NCBI GenBank assembly: GCA_963667925.1
Contig: OY764080.1
Span: forward strand, 2,961,310-3,025,309
Length of the DNA: 64,000 bases
Direction: 5' to 3'
From: Chloroflexota bacterium
Lineage (GTDB): Bacteria; Chloroflexota; UBA11872
How positions within the stretch are numbered: the first letter of the stretch is position 1; every line of letters begins with the position of its first letter. The translations under genes were made by a program, and so were the position numbers. This document shows positions 10,302 through 17,464 of this stretch, piece by piece. Under the pieces are notes generated by a model. The model made no database searches and was not told where the DNA came from. It saw only the letters and a list, made by a program, of their open reading frames with translations.

Positions 10302-11759
10302 CTAGAGCTTCGGCCGGGCCACGGTGACGCCCGGCGGCACCTTGGTGGGGACCATGTGTTCGTGGGGCTGGCCGGGGATCAGGCGCTGGCCGTCGGTGAA
10401 GCCCTCGGGCCGATCGCGGAGCTTCTCGATCAGGTGCTCGCGCCAGGGGGCCAGGTCTGCCTGCGCGGATAGGTCGCGCTCTTCGAGCGGGTCCTCGTGC
10501 AGGTCGAAGAAGAGTTCGCGGCCGGTCTGGCTCATCCAGATGTACTTGTAGCGCGTATCGACCAACCAGTGGTTGCCATCGATGTAGCGGTACATGCCGG
10601 AGTGCTCGCCGTGCAGATAGGGCCGCCAGCCGTCATCGTCGCCGCGCATGAGCGGCAGGAGGCTGCGGCCGCTGACGGACTCGGGGATGGGTGCGCCGAC
10701 GGCCTCGAGAATGGTCGGCATGACGTCCTGAAGGCCGACGGGCTGATCGCAGACGACTTCACGCGGGAGACCCATGCGCTGGGGGGCGCGGGCAAGGAAC
10801 GGAACACGGGCGGAGGCGTCGAAGGCGCGGCACTTGGAGTACATCTGGTGGTCGCCCAGCATCTCGCCGTGGTCGCTGACGAAGACGATGAAGGTCTCCT
10901 CCAGCAAGCCGTTGTCGCGCATGTACTGGAAGAGGCGGCTGATCTGCATATCGATGTGGTTGATCATTCCGTAGTAGGCGGCGCGCAGGTTGTGCATGGC
11001 GCCCGGATCGATCGGGCCACGCTGGCCGTAGGGGCCCTTCTCGGCCGGGATGCCGCGGGGAGGGCCGTCCCAGGGCTCCATCCAGTCGCCCATGGCGGGC
11101 TCGGGCAGGTCCATGGCGGCGTAGCGGTCGTAGAACCAGTCGGGCGGGGTCATTGGGGGATGGGGATCGATGAAGGAGACGTTGAGGAAGAAGGGGCAGG
11201 AGGGGTCGCGTTTTTCGAGGTATTCGATGGCGCGGGAGACGCACCAGAAGGTGTGGGTTTTCTCCTCGGGGAGGTGGTTGGGTCGACCGATCCAGCCGTT
11301 GGGGGTAGCGCCGTGGGCCATGGCCCAGCGATCGAGGGGGAACTCGCCCTGCAGCCAGTCGAGGTACTCGTTGTCGTCGGCGCGGGTGGAGTCGGCGAGT
11401 TCCAGGACGTCGAAGCCGAAGCGTTGACGTTTGGGGTGGAGGTGGAGCTTGCCGACCATGCGGGTTTCGTAGCCGGCGGCGCGGAGTTCGCCGGCCAGGG
11501 TGGCGGGCGGATCCCAAGGGGCGCTCATGAAGCCGACCATGCCGTCCTCGTCGGGCGGGCGGCCGGACATGAGGACGCGGCGGGCGGGGATGCAGGAGGG
11601 GGATTCGGAGTAGCCGCGGCGGAAGAAGGTGCCGGAGGCGCCGAGCCAGTCCATGGCGGGGGTCTGCAGAACGGGGTGGCCGTCGATGCCGAGGCAGTCG
11701 CCGCGCTGCTGGTCGGTGACGATGAGCAGCACGTTGGGGCGGTTCTGGTCGTGGCTCAT
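10302..11759 (-). CDS. sulfatase (arylsulfatase family), cytoplasmic
   Basis: NVLLIVTDQQRGD and C-I-P-A-R. The ORF-track N-terminal 120 aa (to 12119) is Arg/Pro-rich and covers intergenic palindromes; the likely true ATG is at 11757-11759 (MSHDQNRPNVLL). Confidence 0.85.
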   Translation of the reverse strand: MSHDQNRPNVLLIVTDQQRGDCLGIDGHPVLQTPAMDWLGASGTFFRRGYSESPSCIPARRVLMSGRPPDEDGMVGFMSAPWDPPATLAGELRAAGYETRMVGKLHLHPKRQRFGFDVLELADSTRADDNEYLDWLQGEFPLDRWAMAHGATPNGWIGRPNHLPEEKTHTFWCVSRAIEYLEKRDPSCPFFLNVSFIDPHPPMTPPDWFYDRYAAMDLPEPAMGDWMEPWDGPPRGIPAEKGPYGQRGPIDPGAMHNLRAAYYGMINHIDMQISRLFQYMRDNGLLEETFIVFVSDHGEMLGDHQMYSKCRAFDASARVPFLARAPQRMGLPREVVCDQPVGLQDVMPTILEAVGAPIPESVSGRSLLPLMRGDDDGWRPYLHGEHSGMYRYIDGNHWLVDTRYKYIWMSQTGRELFFDLHEDPLEERDLSAQADLAPWREHLIEKLRDRPEGFTDGQRLIPGQPHEHMVPTKVPPGVTVARPKL

Positions 11760-11858
11760 GCGGGGCGTCCGGTGGGCAGGCGACACCTGACCGTACCGCT
11801 CCGGGGCGTGTGGCTCAACTCTGGCGGAGGGAGTTGGAAGCCGGGCCCTTGCGCGCAT

Positions 11859-11882
11859 AAGAGTTTTTTCTAAAAAACTCTT
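11859..11882. promoter_or_regulatory. AT-rich perfect palindrome AAGAGTTTTTT-CT-AAAAAACTCTT (candidate operator)
   Basis: 11-bp perfect inverted-repeat arms around a CT centre, about 100 bp upstream of the sulfatase start at 11759. Confidence 0.35.
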
Positions 11883-12005
11883 GAGGTGCGGCGGGGCCTG
11901 GTTGGGTCTGCTTTGGGGTGTGGGAAAGGGCCGGTTGCGCGCACCGAGGGCGTGGACGAGCGCCGCGAGCCTGGCGACGGCTTGAAGGGCCGCCGCCGCG
12001 AAACG

Positions 12006-12029
12006 AGGAGTTTCTTCTAAGAAACTCCT
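12006..12029. promoter_or_regulatory. second palindrome AGGAGTTTCTT-CT-AAGAAACTCCT (candidate operator)
   Basis: Same architecture and near-identical sequence as the 11859 palindrome, about 145 bp further upstream; both are followed by TGAG. Confidence 0.35.
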
Positions 12030-12441
12030 GAGCCGGCGCGGGACCCGCGGGCGCCCGAGACGCGGCGTGCTGGGAAGCGCCGGACGCAGGCTGGTGAAGC
12101 GGGTAGAGGCGACGGCCACGAGGAAGCTCCGAGAAGGGTTGCAGGTTGGTCATGCCTATCGTACACTGAATGGGTACCACAGGCAAGGTGAGGAGTGGCG
12201 GATAGGAAGTTTCAGGGCTTCGGGGTCTCTGATGGGTGGGTGCGACGGGGGCCGGTTCGCTGGGGACCGGTGGCTGGCGTGTTCCATGGTCGGGGTACGT
12301 CGATTTCAGGTGAGATGCACTCGCGACGGTCGGAGTTCAGCGGTGATACCGATCGTAGTACCATTGTCGTGAGCATGCGAGCTACTCACCGGCGCACCCT
12401 GCAGCGGGTTTGCCAACGCCCAACGCCCGACGCCCGCTGGG

Positions 12442-12636
12442 ATTCGCTGGGGCGGCATAGAAGCGCTGCTACGAGCGGTGGGAGTCGAGGTGATTGAGCG
12501 TTCAGGGTCGCGGGTGCTGCTGAGAAAGGGCGTCGATCGGATGGTGGTGCATCGGCCGCATCCGCGGCCGGAGACGGGGCGGGCGACGGTGCGCGACATT
12601 GCGGCGTTTCTGTCGGCGCTGGGAGTGGAACCATGA
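12442..12636 (+). CDS. hicA: HicA-like toxin (type II TA), start codon unclear, possibly degenerate
   Basis: Frame ending at TGA 12634-12636 (ATGA overlap with hicB) encodes ...IEALLRAVGVEVIERSGSRVLLRKGVDRMVVHRPHPRPETGRATVRDIAAFLSALGVEP, a HicA fold. No ATG/GTG/TTG at the expected N-terminus (only ATT 12442, ATA 12457, GTG 12478). The conserved G-S-H appears as G-S-R. Confidence 0.5.
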   Translation: MRWGGIEALLRAVGVEVIERSGSRVLLRKGVDRMVVHRPHPRPETGRATVRDIAAFLSALGVEP

Positions 12637-12965
12637 TGGAATACCAGGGGTATTTGGCCACGGTGGAGTACGACGACTCGGTAGAACGATTGCATGGACG
12701 GGTCGTGAACACCGGTAGCTATCCAATTGCGACGTTCGAGGCAACGGACGTGCGGGAGCTGCGGGCGGAATTTGAACGGTCGGTCGACGAGTATTTGTTG
12801 TCCTGCCGCGAGGATGGCGTGGAACCGGCGGCGCCTTTCTCGGGCAAGTTGCAGCTGCGGCTGGGCAGCGAGTTGCACCGGCGGGTGGCGCAAGCGGCGG
12901 CGGAAAGCGGGCAAAGTATCAACAGTTGGATTACGCAAGTCTTGGCGGCCGAGGCGCCGAGGTAG
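12633..12965 (+). CDS. hicB: HicB-family antitoxin (RNase-H-like N-domain plus C-terminal RHH)
   Basis: YQGYLATVEYDD N-terminal HicB-like domain and C-terminal SGKLQLRLGSELHRRVAQAAAESGQSINSWITQVLA RHH motif. Confidence 0.8.
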   Translation: MMEYQGYLATVEYDDSVERLHGRVVNTGSYPIATFEATDVRELRAEFERSVDEYLLSCREDGVEPAAPFSGKLQLRLGSELHRRVAQAAAESGQSINSWITQVLAAEAPR

Positions 12966-13160
12966 AGCGAGGGTCACCGGCCCGGGAGAGATGGGGTAGG
13001 CGGGAAGCCGAGGCTGTCGTCGTGCGACTTCGGGGAGCACCACGCTCCCAATGCAGTCAACCACGCGGCCAGTCGTGGTCGGCTACCGATTTGGCTGGAC
13101 CCTGCCGACGGTGGACAAGCCGCGTGCGCGCTGCGGAGAGTTTGGGACGGGAGATTTGCG

Positions 13161-13949
13161 TCAGGCGACTGTCTGTGGGAGGCGCTCGAGGATGCGGTCG
13201 AGCTTGTCGTTGGTTTGGCGAACCTCGGAGCGGAGTTCGCCGATGTCGGTTCGCACGTGAGTCCGCAAGTCGCGGACCTCGGTCCGCACCTCCTGGATAT
13301 CGGCCTTGACCTCGGTGCGCAGTCCCTGGTTGTCGGCCTTTACGTCAGATCGCAGTGCGTCGTTGTCGGCCTGCACCCCAGTCCGCAGCCCCTCGATGTC
13401 AGTCTTGACCTCGGACCGCAGCGCCGCGTTGTCGGCCTGCACCCCAGTCCGCAATCCCTCGATGTCGGTCTTCACTTCCGACCGAAGCGCCGCGTTGTCG
13501 GCCTTGACCTCGGCGTGCAAATTCTGGATGTCGGCCCTGACCTCAGTGCGCAGCGTCTCGTTGCCGGCCTTGACCTCGGCGTGCAAATCCTGGATGTCGG
13601 CCTTGACTTCAGTGCGCAGCGCCGCGTTGTCGGCCTTGACCTCGGTGCGCAGTCCTTGGATGTCAGCCTTCACTCCAGACCGCAGCCCCTCGATATCGGC
13701 CTTAATCTCGGAGCGCAGCGCCTCGTTACCGGTTCTTACATCGGACCGCAGATCCTGGATGTCGGTGTGCAGCCGCGTTCCCTGTTCGCGGACATTGATG
13801 TGTAGTTCACGCAGCCGGGTGTCGCAGCCAGCAACTCCTTCCTCGACGGTACCGACGCGCATGCCGATTCTCCAAGCCGCGCCGGCGACGGCAAAGACCA
13901 GGGTGAGGCCGACAGTGATCATGGTGACGACGATTGGTGTGGCGTCCAA
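13161..13949 (-). CDS. membrane-anchored hendecad-repeat (11-residue, about 17 copies) coiled-coil protein
   Basis: TTG start with AAGGAG Shine-Dalgarno 7 nt upstream; one N-terminal TM helix (PIVVTMITVGLTLVFAVAGAAW); tandem [A/T]D[I/N]xxLR[T/S]EVK 11-mers; C-terminal KLDRILERLP. Confidence 0.7.
   Translation of the reverse strand: MDATPIVVTMITVGLTLVFAVAGAAWRIGMRVGTVEEGVAGCDTRLRELHINVREQGTRLHTDIQDLRSDVRTGNEALRSEIKADIEGLRSGVKADIQGLRTEVKADNAALRTEVKADIQDLHAEVKAGNETLRTEVRADIQNLHAEVKADNAALRSEVKTDIEGLRTGVQADNAALRSEVKTDIEGLRTGVQADNDALRSDVKADNQGLRTEVKADIQEVRTEVRDLRTHVRTDIGELRSEVRQTNDKLDRILERLPQTVA
13230..13790. repeat. in-frame 33-bp imperfect tandem repeat array (coding repeats of the hendecad protein)
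   Basis: GTCGGCCTTGACCTCGGTGCGCAGNNNNNNNNN repeated about 16-17 times with 33-nt period. Confidence 0.8.
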
Positions 13950-14016
13950 GGCGGTGCTCCTTGTCAGGTAGCCACGCGTCGCCGGTGCGTTCCGCCACTA
14001 CGCCCCCGGCCCGTGG

Positions 14017-14090
14017 CTCGGAAGGTTCGCGAACCCGCCGCCCACGGCTCATTGATTGTTTGTATCAGGCGGCGTTCGGACTCGTCAATC
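14017..14090 (+). repeat. conserved ~70-bp upstream element, copy A (contains GGTTCGCGAACC palindrome and GCCGCCCACGGC)
   Basis: GGAAGGTTCGCGAACCCGCCGCCCACGGCTCATTGATTGTTTGTATCAGGCGGCGTTCGG; 70-140 nt upstream of the hendecad-protein start. Confidence 0.6.
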
Positions 14091-14128
14091 CGGTAGGTAC
14101 ATGCACCGCTGGGCGATGTGCGAATCCG

Positions 14129-14299
14129 CTAGGCAGATGGTGGAGGGAGTCGCTCGAGGATGCGGTCGACTTTGCGGTTCAAGTCACGGATGTCCGACTC
14201 GCAGACTGCCAAGCCCTTCTCGACGGCTCCCAGCCGACTGCCGAGTCGCCAAGCCGCGCCGCTGACAGCAAAGACGATGGTTGCTCCGACCGTAACCAT
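14129..14299 (-). CDS. short paralogue of the hendecad protein (TM helix plus C-terminal motif only)
   Basis: MVTVGATIVFAVSGAAWRLGSRLGAVEKGLAVCESDIRDLNRKVDRILERLP. The upstream region, including the AAGGAG SD, is homologous to the long paralogue, but the ancestral TTG start position reads ACG; the first ATG (14297-14299) is 34 nt from the SD. Confidence 0.45.
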   Translation of the reverse strand: MVTVGATIVFAVSGAAWRLGSRLGAVEKGLAVCESDIRDLNRKVDRILERLPPPSA

Positions 14300-14397
14300 G
14301 GCGATGATGATGGGTGTGGCGTCCGTGGCGATTCTCCTTGATTGGTAGCCACGTTCCGCGGATGCGGACCGCCAGTTCGCCGCTGGCAGCCGTGACT

Positions 14398-14470
14398 CGG
14401 GAGGTTTGCGAACCGACCGCCCACGGCCCGTTGATTGCTTATAGCAGGCGGCACATGCCGTCGTCAATTC
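14398..14470 (+). repeat. conserved ~70-bp element, copy B
   Basis: GGGAGGTTTGCGAACCGACCGCCCACGGCCCGTTGATTGCTTATAGCAGGCGGCACATGCCG; lies between the divergent short paralogue and the DUF2330-like gene. Confidence 0.6.
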
Positions 14471-14540
14471 GGCGATGGCATGGAACGATTCGGGCGATGC
14501 GTGCGTACTACTTCCAGAGTGGCGAGGAGTGCCTGAGCAC

Positions 14541-15896
14541 ATGTCGAAGTCAACGGTCGGTTCAGAAGGCTGGCGCGGACGTGGCGGGCGCTTCTTCTGT
14601 GGGGAGCTTGCGTTGGGAGCGGTGAACACGTGGCTGCCGGCGAGGCGGTGGGCGATTGCACTGCTGGCCGCGGTTGTCGCGATCGCTGTCCTATTGGCCT
14701 CGACGCCGCCGGCATTGGCCTGTGGCGGGTTTTTCTGCACGACGACGCCCGTCGATCAGAACGCCGAGCGGATCATCTTTACGCAGAACGGCGATGGGAC
14801 CGTGTCGGCCTACGTGCAGATTGAGTACACAGGATCGGCGCCGGACTTCTCGTGGATCTTGCCGTTGCCGGAGGCCATCGATGTGGAGTCTGTCCAGGTT
14901 CCGGAAGACGCGATGGCGGCATTCCGGGAGCTTGAGGTGGCGACTGACCCGGTAGTCATGGCCCCAGCTCCTCCCTCATGCGTTCGTCCACCAACGGCGG
15001 CGCCGATGGCTGCAGCCGCCCCAGTTACAGTATTCGCCAGCGGCGAAGTCGGGCCGTACGGCTTTGACGTGGTTGGTTCCGAGGATCCTGACGCCCTGGT
15101 GACATGGTTGCGAGATAACAGCTACCGAGTCACAGAGGAAATGGAGCCTTTGATCGACGTGTACGTGGAGGAGCAGTTTGTGTTCCTCGCAATGAAGCTG
15201 CGCCCCGACAAGGGGGCGCAGGACGTTGAGCCAGTCAAGGTGACGTACCCCTCGGAGCGTCCAATGATTCCGCTGCGACTCACGGCCGTGGCGGCGAACC
15301 CGGACATGGCGGTGATGGTCTGGATCTATGGCGAACACCAGGCGGTGCCGATGAACTACGCCAAGATGACCATTGCGAACGACGAGTTGACGTTCACGGA
15401 CTGGGGATCGAACGACTACCGGCAACTGATGGGTCAGAAGGCCGACGAGAACGACGGAAAGGCCTTCATCACGGAATACGCCGCTCCGACGAGCGAGCTG
15501 CGAGTTACGCATCCGTTGCTGCGGGAACTGTCGCGCAGGTTTACCTATGTGACGCGGCTGAATACGGTTATCTCACCCGAAGAAATGACGGTGGATCCCA
15601 TCTTTGACTACGACCCCAATCTGAAGGATGTGTCTAACGTTCGGGATCTGCGCGGAACGACCGGGCTGTACCAGTGCGAGCGAGACGAGCGGGCGGCTTC
15701 TCCGATAGGGCAGCTTCAGTCATTCAGTGAATCCGTCTTCCGGGCGAGCGACGAAGGCGCAGCGGCAGAAGCCGGGGGCGACGGCCTGTCTGTTGGCACG
15801 CTCGTCACGGGAGTCGTTGCTGGAGTCGTCGGGGTGCTGCTGCTGGGTGGGGCGGTGTATCTGGGGGTGCGGATCGGTCGGAGGGGGCGGGAGTAG
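14541..15896 (+). CDS. secreted, C-terminally anchored protein, DUF2330-like (CGGFFC motif)
   Basis: GAGGAG SD before the ATG at 14541 (the ORF track offers 14475); signal peptide ending ALACGGFFC; C-terminal TM GVVAGVVGVLLLGGAVYLGV. Confidence 0.6.
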   Translation: MSKSTVGSEGWRGRGGRFFCGELALGAVNTWLPARRWAIALLAAVVAIAVLLASTPPALACGGFFCTTTPVDQNAERIIFTQNGDGTVSAYVQIEYTGSAPDFSWILPLPEAIDVESVQVPEDAMAAFRELEVATDPVVMAPAPPSCVRPPTAAPMAAAAPVTVFASGEVGPYGFDVVGSEDPDALVTWLRDNSYRVTEEMEPLIDVYVEEQFVFLAMKLRPDKGAQDVEPVKVTYPSERPMIPLRLTAVAANPDMAVMVWIYGEHQAVPMNYAKMTIANDELTFTDWGSNDYRQLMGQKADENDGKAFITEYAAPTSELRVTHPLLRELSRRFTYVTRLNTVISPEEMTVDPIFDYDPNLKDVSNVRDLRGTTGLYQCERDERAASPIGQLQSFSESVFRASDEGAAAEAGGDGLSVGTLVTGVVAGVVGVLLLGGAVYLGVRIGRRGRE

Positions 15897-15962
15897 GGAC
15901 GCCACGAGCCGAACTGTCCCAGGCTGCACAGGTCTACTGACTGCACGCCTCTGGCCGAGGAT

Positions 15963-16030
15963 CGGAAGGTGCGCAAATCGGCCGCCCACGGCCCATTGGA
16001 TGCTTGTATCAGGCTGAGTTCGTACATTTC
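15963..16030 (+). repeat. conserved ~70-bp element, copy C (orphan)
   Basis: GGAAGGTGCGCAAATCGGCCGCCCACGGCCCATTGGATGCTTGTATCAGGCTGAGTTCG; located 3' of the DUF2330-like gene at the edge of the low-GC segment. Confidence 0.55.
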
Positions 16031-16206
16031 GACTAAGCAGATTGGAACGCTGACATAAGCGTACGACGTGACCAATCATTGCCATTAGATGGAAGCCGGA
16101 ATCTTCGAGTCCTCCGAACGCAGACGCCTGCACGATAGACTAATGCAAGATAGACTTAGCCAACATACCGAACTATCTTGAATATTACACTACACATTCG
16201 TTCACG

Positions 16207-17367
16207 TCACTCATTGATATCGTCCGAGATGGAATCTATCTTTGGTGTGACTACTTCAATAAAGTGGCAAATTGTCTTGGATATCTCATTGGCGAACGAG
16301 TCTTCCGATACATTCCCGACACGGGAAACGTGCAGTTCCCCATTGGCGAATCGCTGATCTTCGAAAACGCTTAGACCCTCGAGCCTTTTCTCCAAGTCTT
16401 TAATCTCACAGTCCCAGAATCCTAGACCCAGCCAGGCTCGCCATTCACTAGGGCCTTCTTCTTCCCGGACAAGATGGATAAAGTAGGACATCTTCCAGTT
16501 GCCCCAAAACGGTCGCGAATACCACAAGTGCCAATAGCGCCAAGAGGGATTACCGCCTGCCCAACGGCTTGTCTTATCCGGCCTCTGATCAAACGGCAAG
16601 CTAGCAATCGATCGATTGGAAACTCCTCGAAGGAAGCGTGTGATTTCATCTTGCCTGTTCCTCGCGAATGTTTGAGCCAACTTGCTAGGTCCAGGGCTAA
16701 CCGGGATATTGTCACCGGATGATTCGCCAATGCTAATGATGTAGTCGTCAACACCAGGAACCGGAATGATTGTGCTGGCCTGTACGTAGAGCGGTCCCGC
16801 GTCGCCGTCCTGGTACGGCGTCAATTGGACGCACGAAATCAGGTTGTCACTTGGGGCCTTCTCATTCAGCCAGAGGGCGGCGGAGGTCACTTCCGGTGCA
16901 AACCGGTGGCTGGCCAGAATGATGCGCTGGTCATTGTTCAGCGCATTCAGGTCGTCGGCGTTGAGATGCTGGAGAAGTCTGTTTGTCGCGTCGTCCTCCG
17001 ATGCTTCGCTGTATTCGGCGAGCATGCGAATGATGTCGTCGGCGCTGGCGCGCTGGAGGTAGCTGGCGTACTTGATTGCTTGCCAGTGGGCATCGGCACC
17101 GGTGTCATCCCGCTTCAATTCAATGACGACCAGATCGCCGTCAGCGTCCACGGCCAGCAGGTCCAGGCGCTCGTCAGTCCGGTCGAAGTCGCTGAACTCC
17201 TTGCCGATGATCAGGAGGTCATCGCCCAGGATTTTGGGGTTGGCAGCGATCCACTCCTGGATGTCGCGACGCTCCTGGAAGCCCAGGCTGGCGAATTCGA
17301 CCTCGGCGATCTTCTCGGATTCGCGGTTCTCGGGGTTGATTCTGAAGAGTTGGGGTTCGGCGCTCAT
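16207..17367 (-). CDS. NucS/DUF91-like PD-(D/E)xK nuclease-domain protein with unknown AT-rich C-terminal domain
   Basis: N-terminus PKILGDDLLIIGKEF...DERLDLLAVDADGDLVVIELKRDD...HWQAIKYASYL matches the RecB/NucS-type nuclease core; the C-terminal ~250 aa has no recognisable domain; the 3' half of the gene and the downstream 170 bp are about 45% GC against about 67% background. Confidence 0.6.
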   Translation of the reverse strand: MSAEPQLFRINPENRESEKIAEVEFASLGFQERRDIQEWIAANPKILGDDLLIIGKEFSDFDRTDERLDLLAVDADGDLVVIELKRDDTGADAHWQAIKYASYLQRASADDIIRMLAEYSEASEDDATNRLLQHLNADDLNALNNDQRIILASHRFAPEVTSAALWLNEKAPSDNLISCVQLTPYQDGDAGPLYVQASTIIPVPGVDDYIISIGESSGDNIPVSPGPSKLAQTFARNRQDEITRFLRGVSNRSIASLPFDQRPDKTSRWAGGNPSWRYWHLWYSRPFWGNWKMSYFIHLVREEEGPSEWRAWLGLGFWDCEIKDLEKRLEGLSVFEDQRFANGELHVSRVGNVSEDSFANEISKTICHFIEVVTPKIDSISDDINE

Positions 17368-17464
17368 TTTCTTTTCCTATGTATCGGGACGCTGGGAACT
17401 CGTGGCCTGACAGGCTCACCACGAACCGGACGGCACTGCTTGCTGTTGTCGCGGGAAGGCGAGC

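Noticed and set aside
9364-11873. Long antisense ORFs (9364-10305 +, 10497-11873 +, also 1201-2100 -, 2314-3387 -) overlapping the sulfatase and ankyrin genes
   Set aside because: They are the opposite strand of genes with strong homology-based support. Their translations are low-complexity (Gly/Ala/Val/Asp-rich), typical of high-GC antisense frames.
12067-12372. 101-aa ORF upstream of hicA in the same frame
   Set aside because: It has no domain or SD and lies in an intergenic region carrying the palindromic sites. It is separated from the hicA frame by an in-frame TGA, and I have no support for readthrough.
13230-13790. 33-bp tandem repeat array that could be taken for a CRISPR array
   Set aside because: The units are contiguous with no unique spacers, are degenerate copies of each other, and are in frame within a CDS (11-aa protein repeats). 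No cas genes are nearby.
16095-16125. tRNA-like T-loop motif (TTCGAGTCC) in the AT-rich segment
   Set aside because: No acceptor, D or anticodon arms could be folded around it. At most it is a decayed tRNA 3' fragment marking an old integration site; it is not a tRNA gene.
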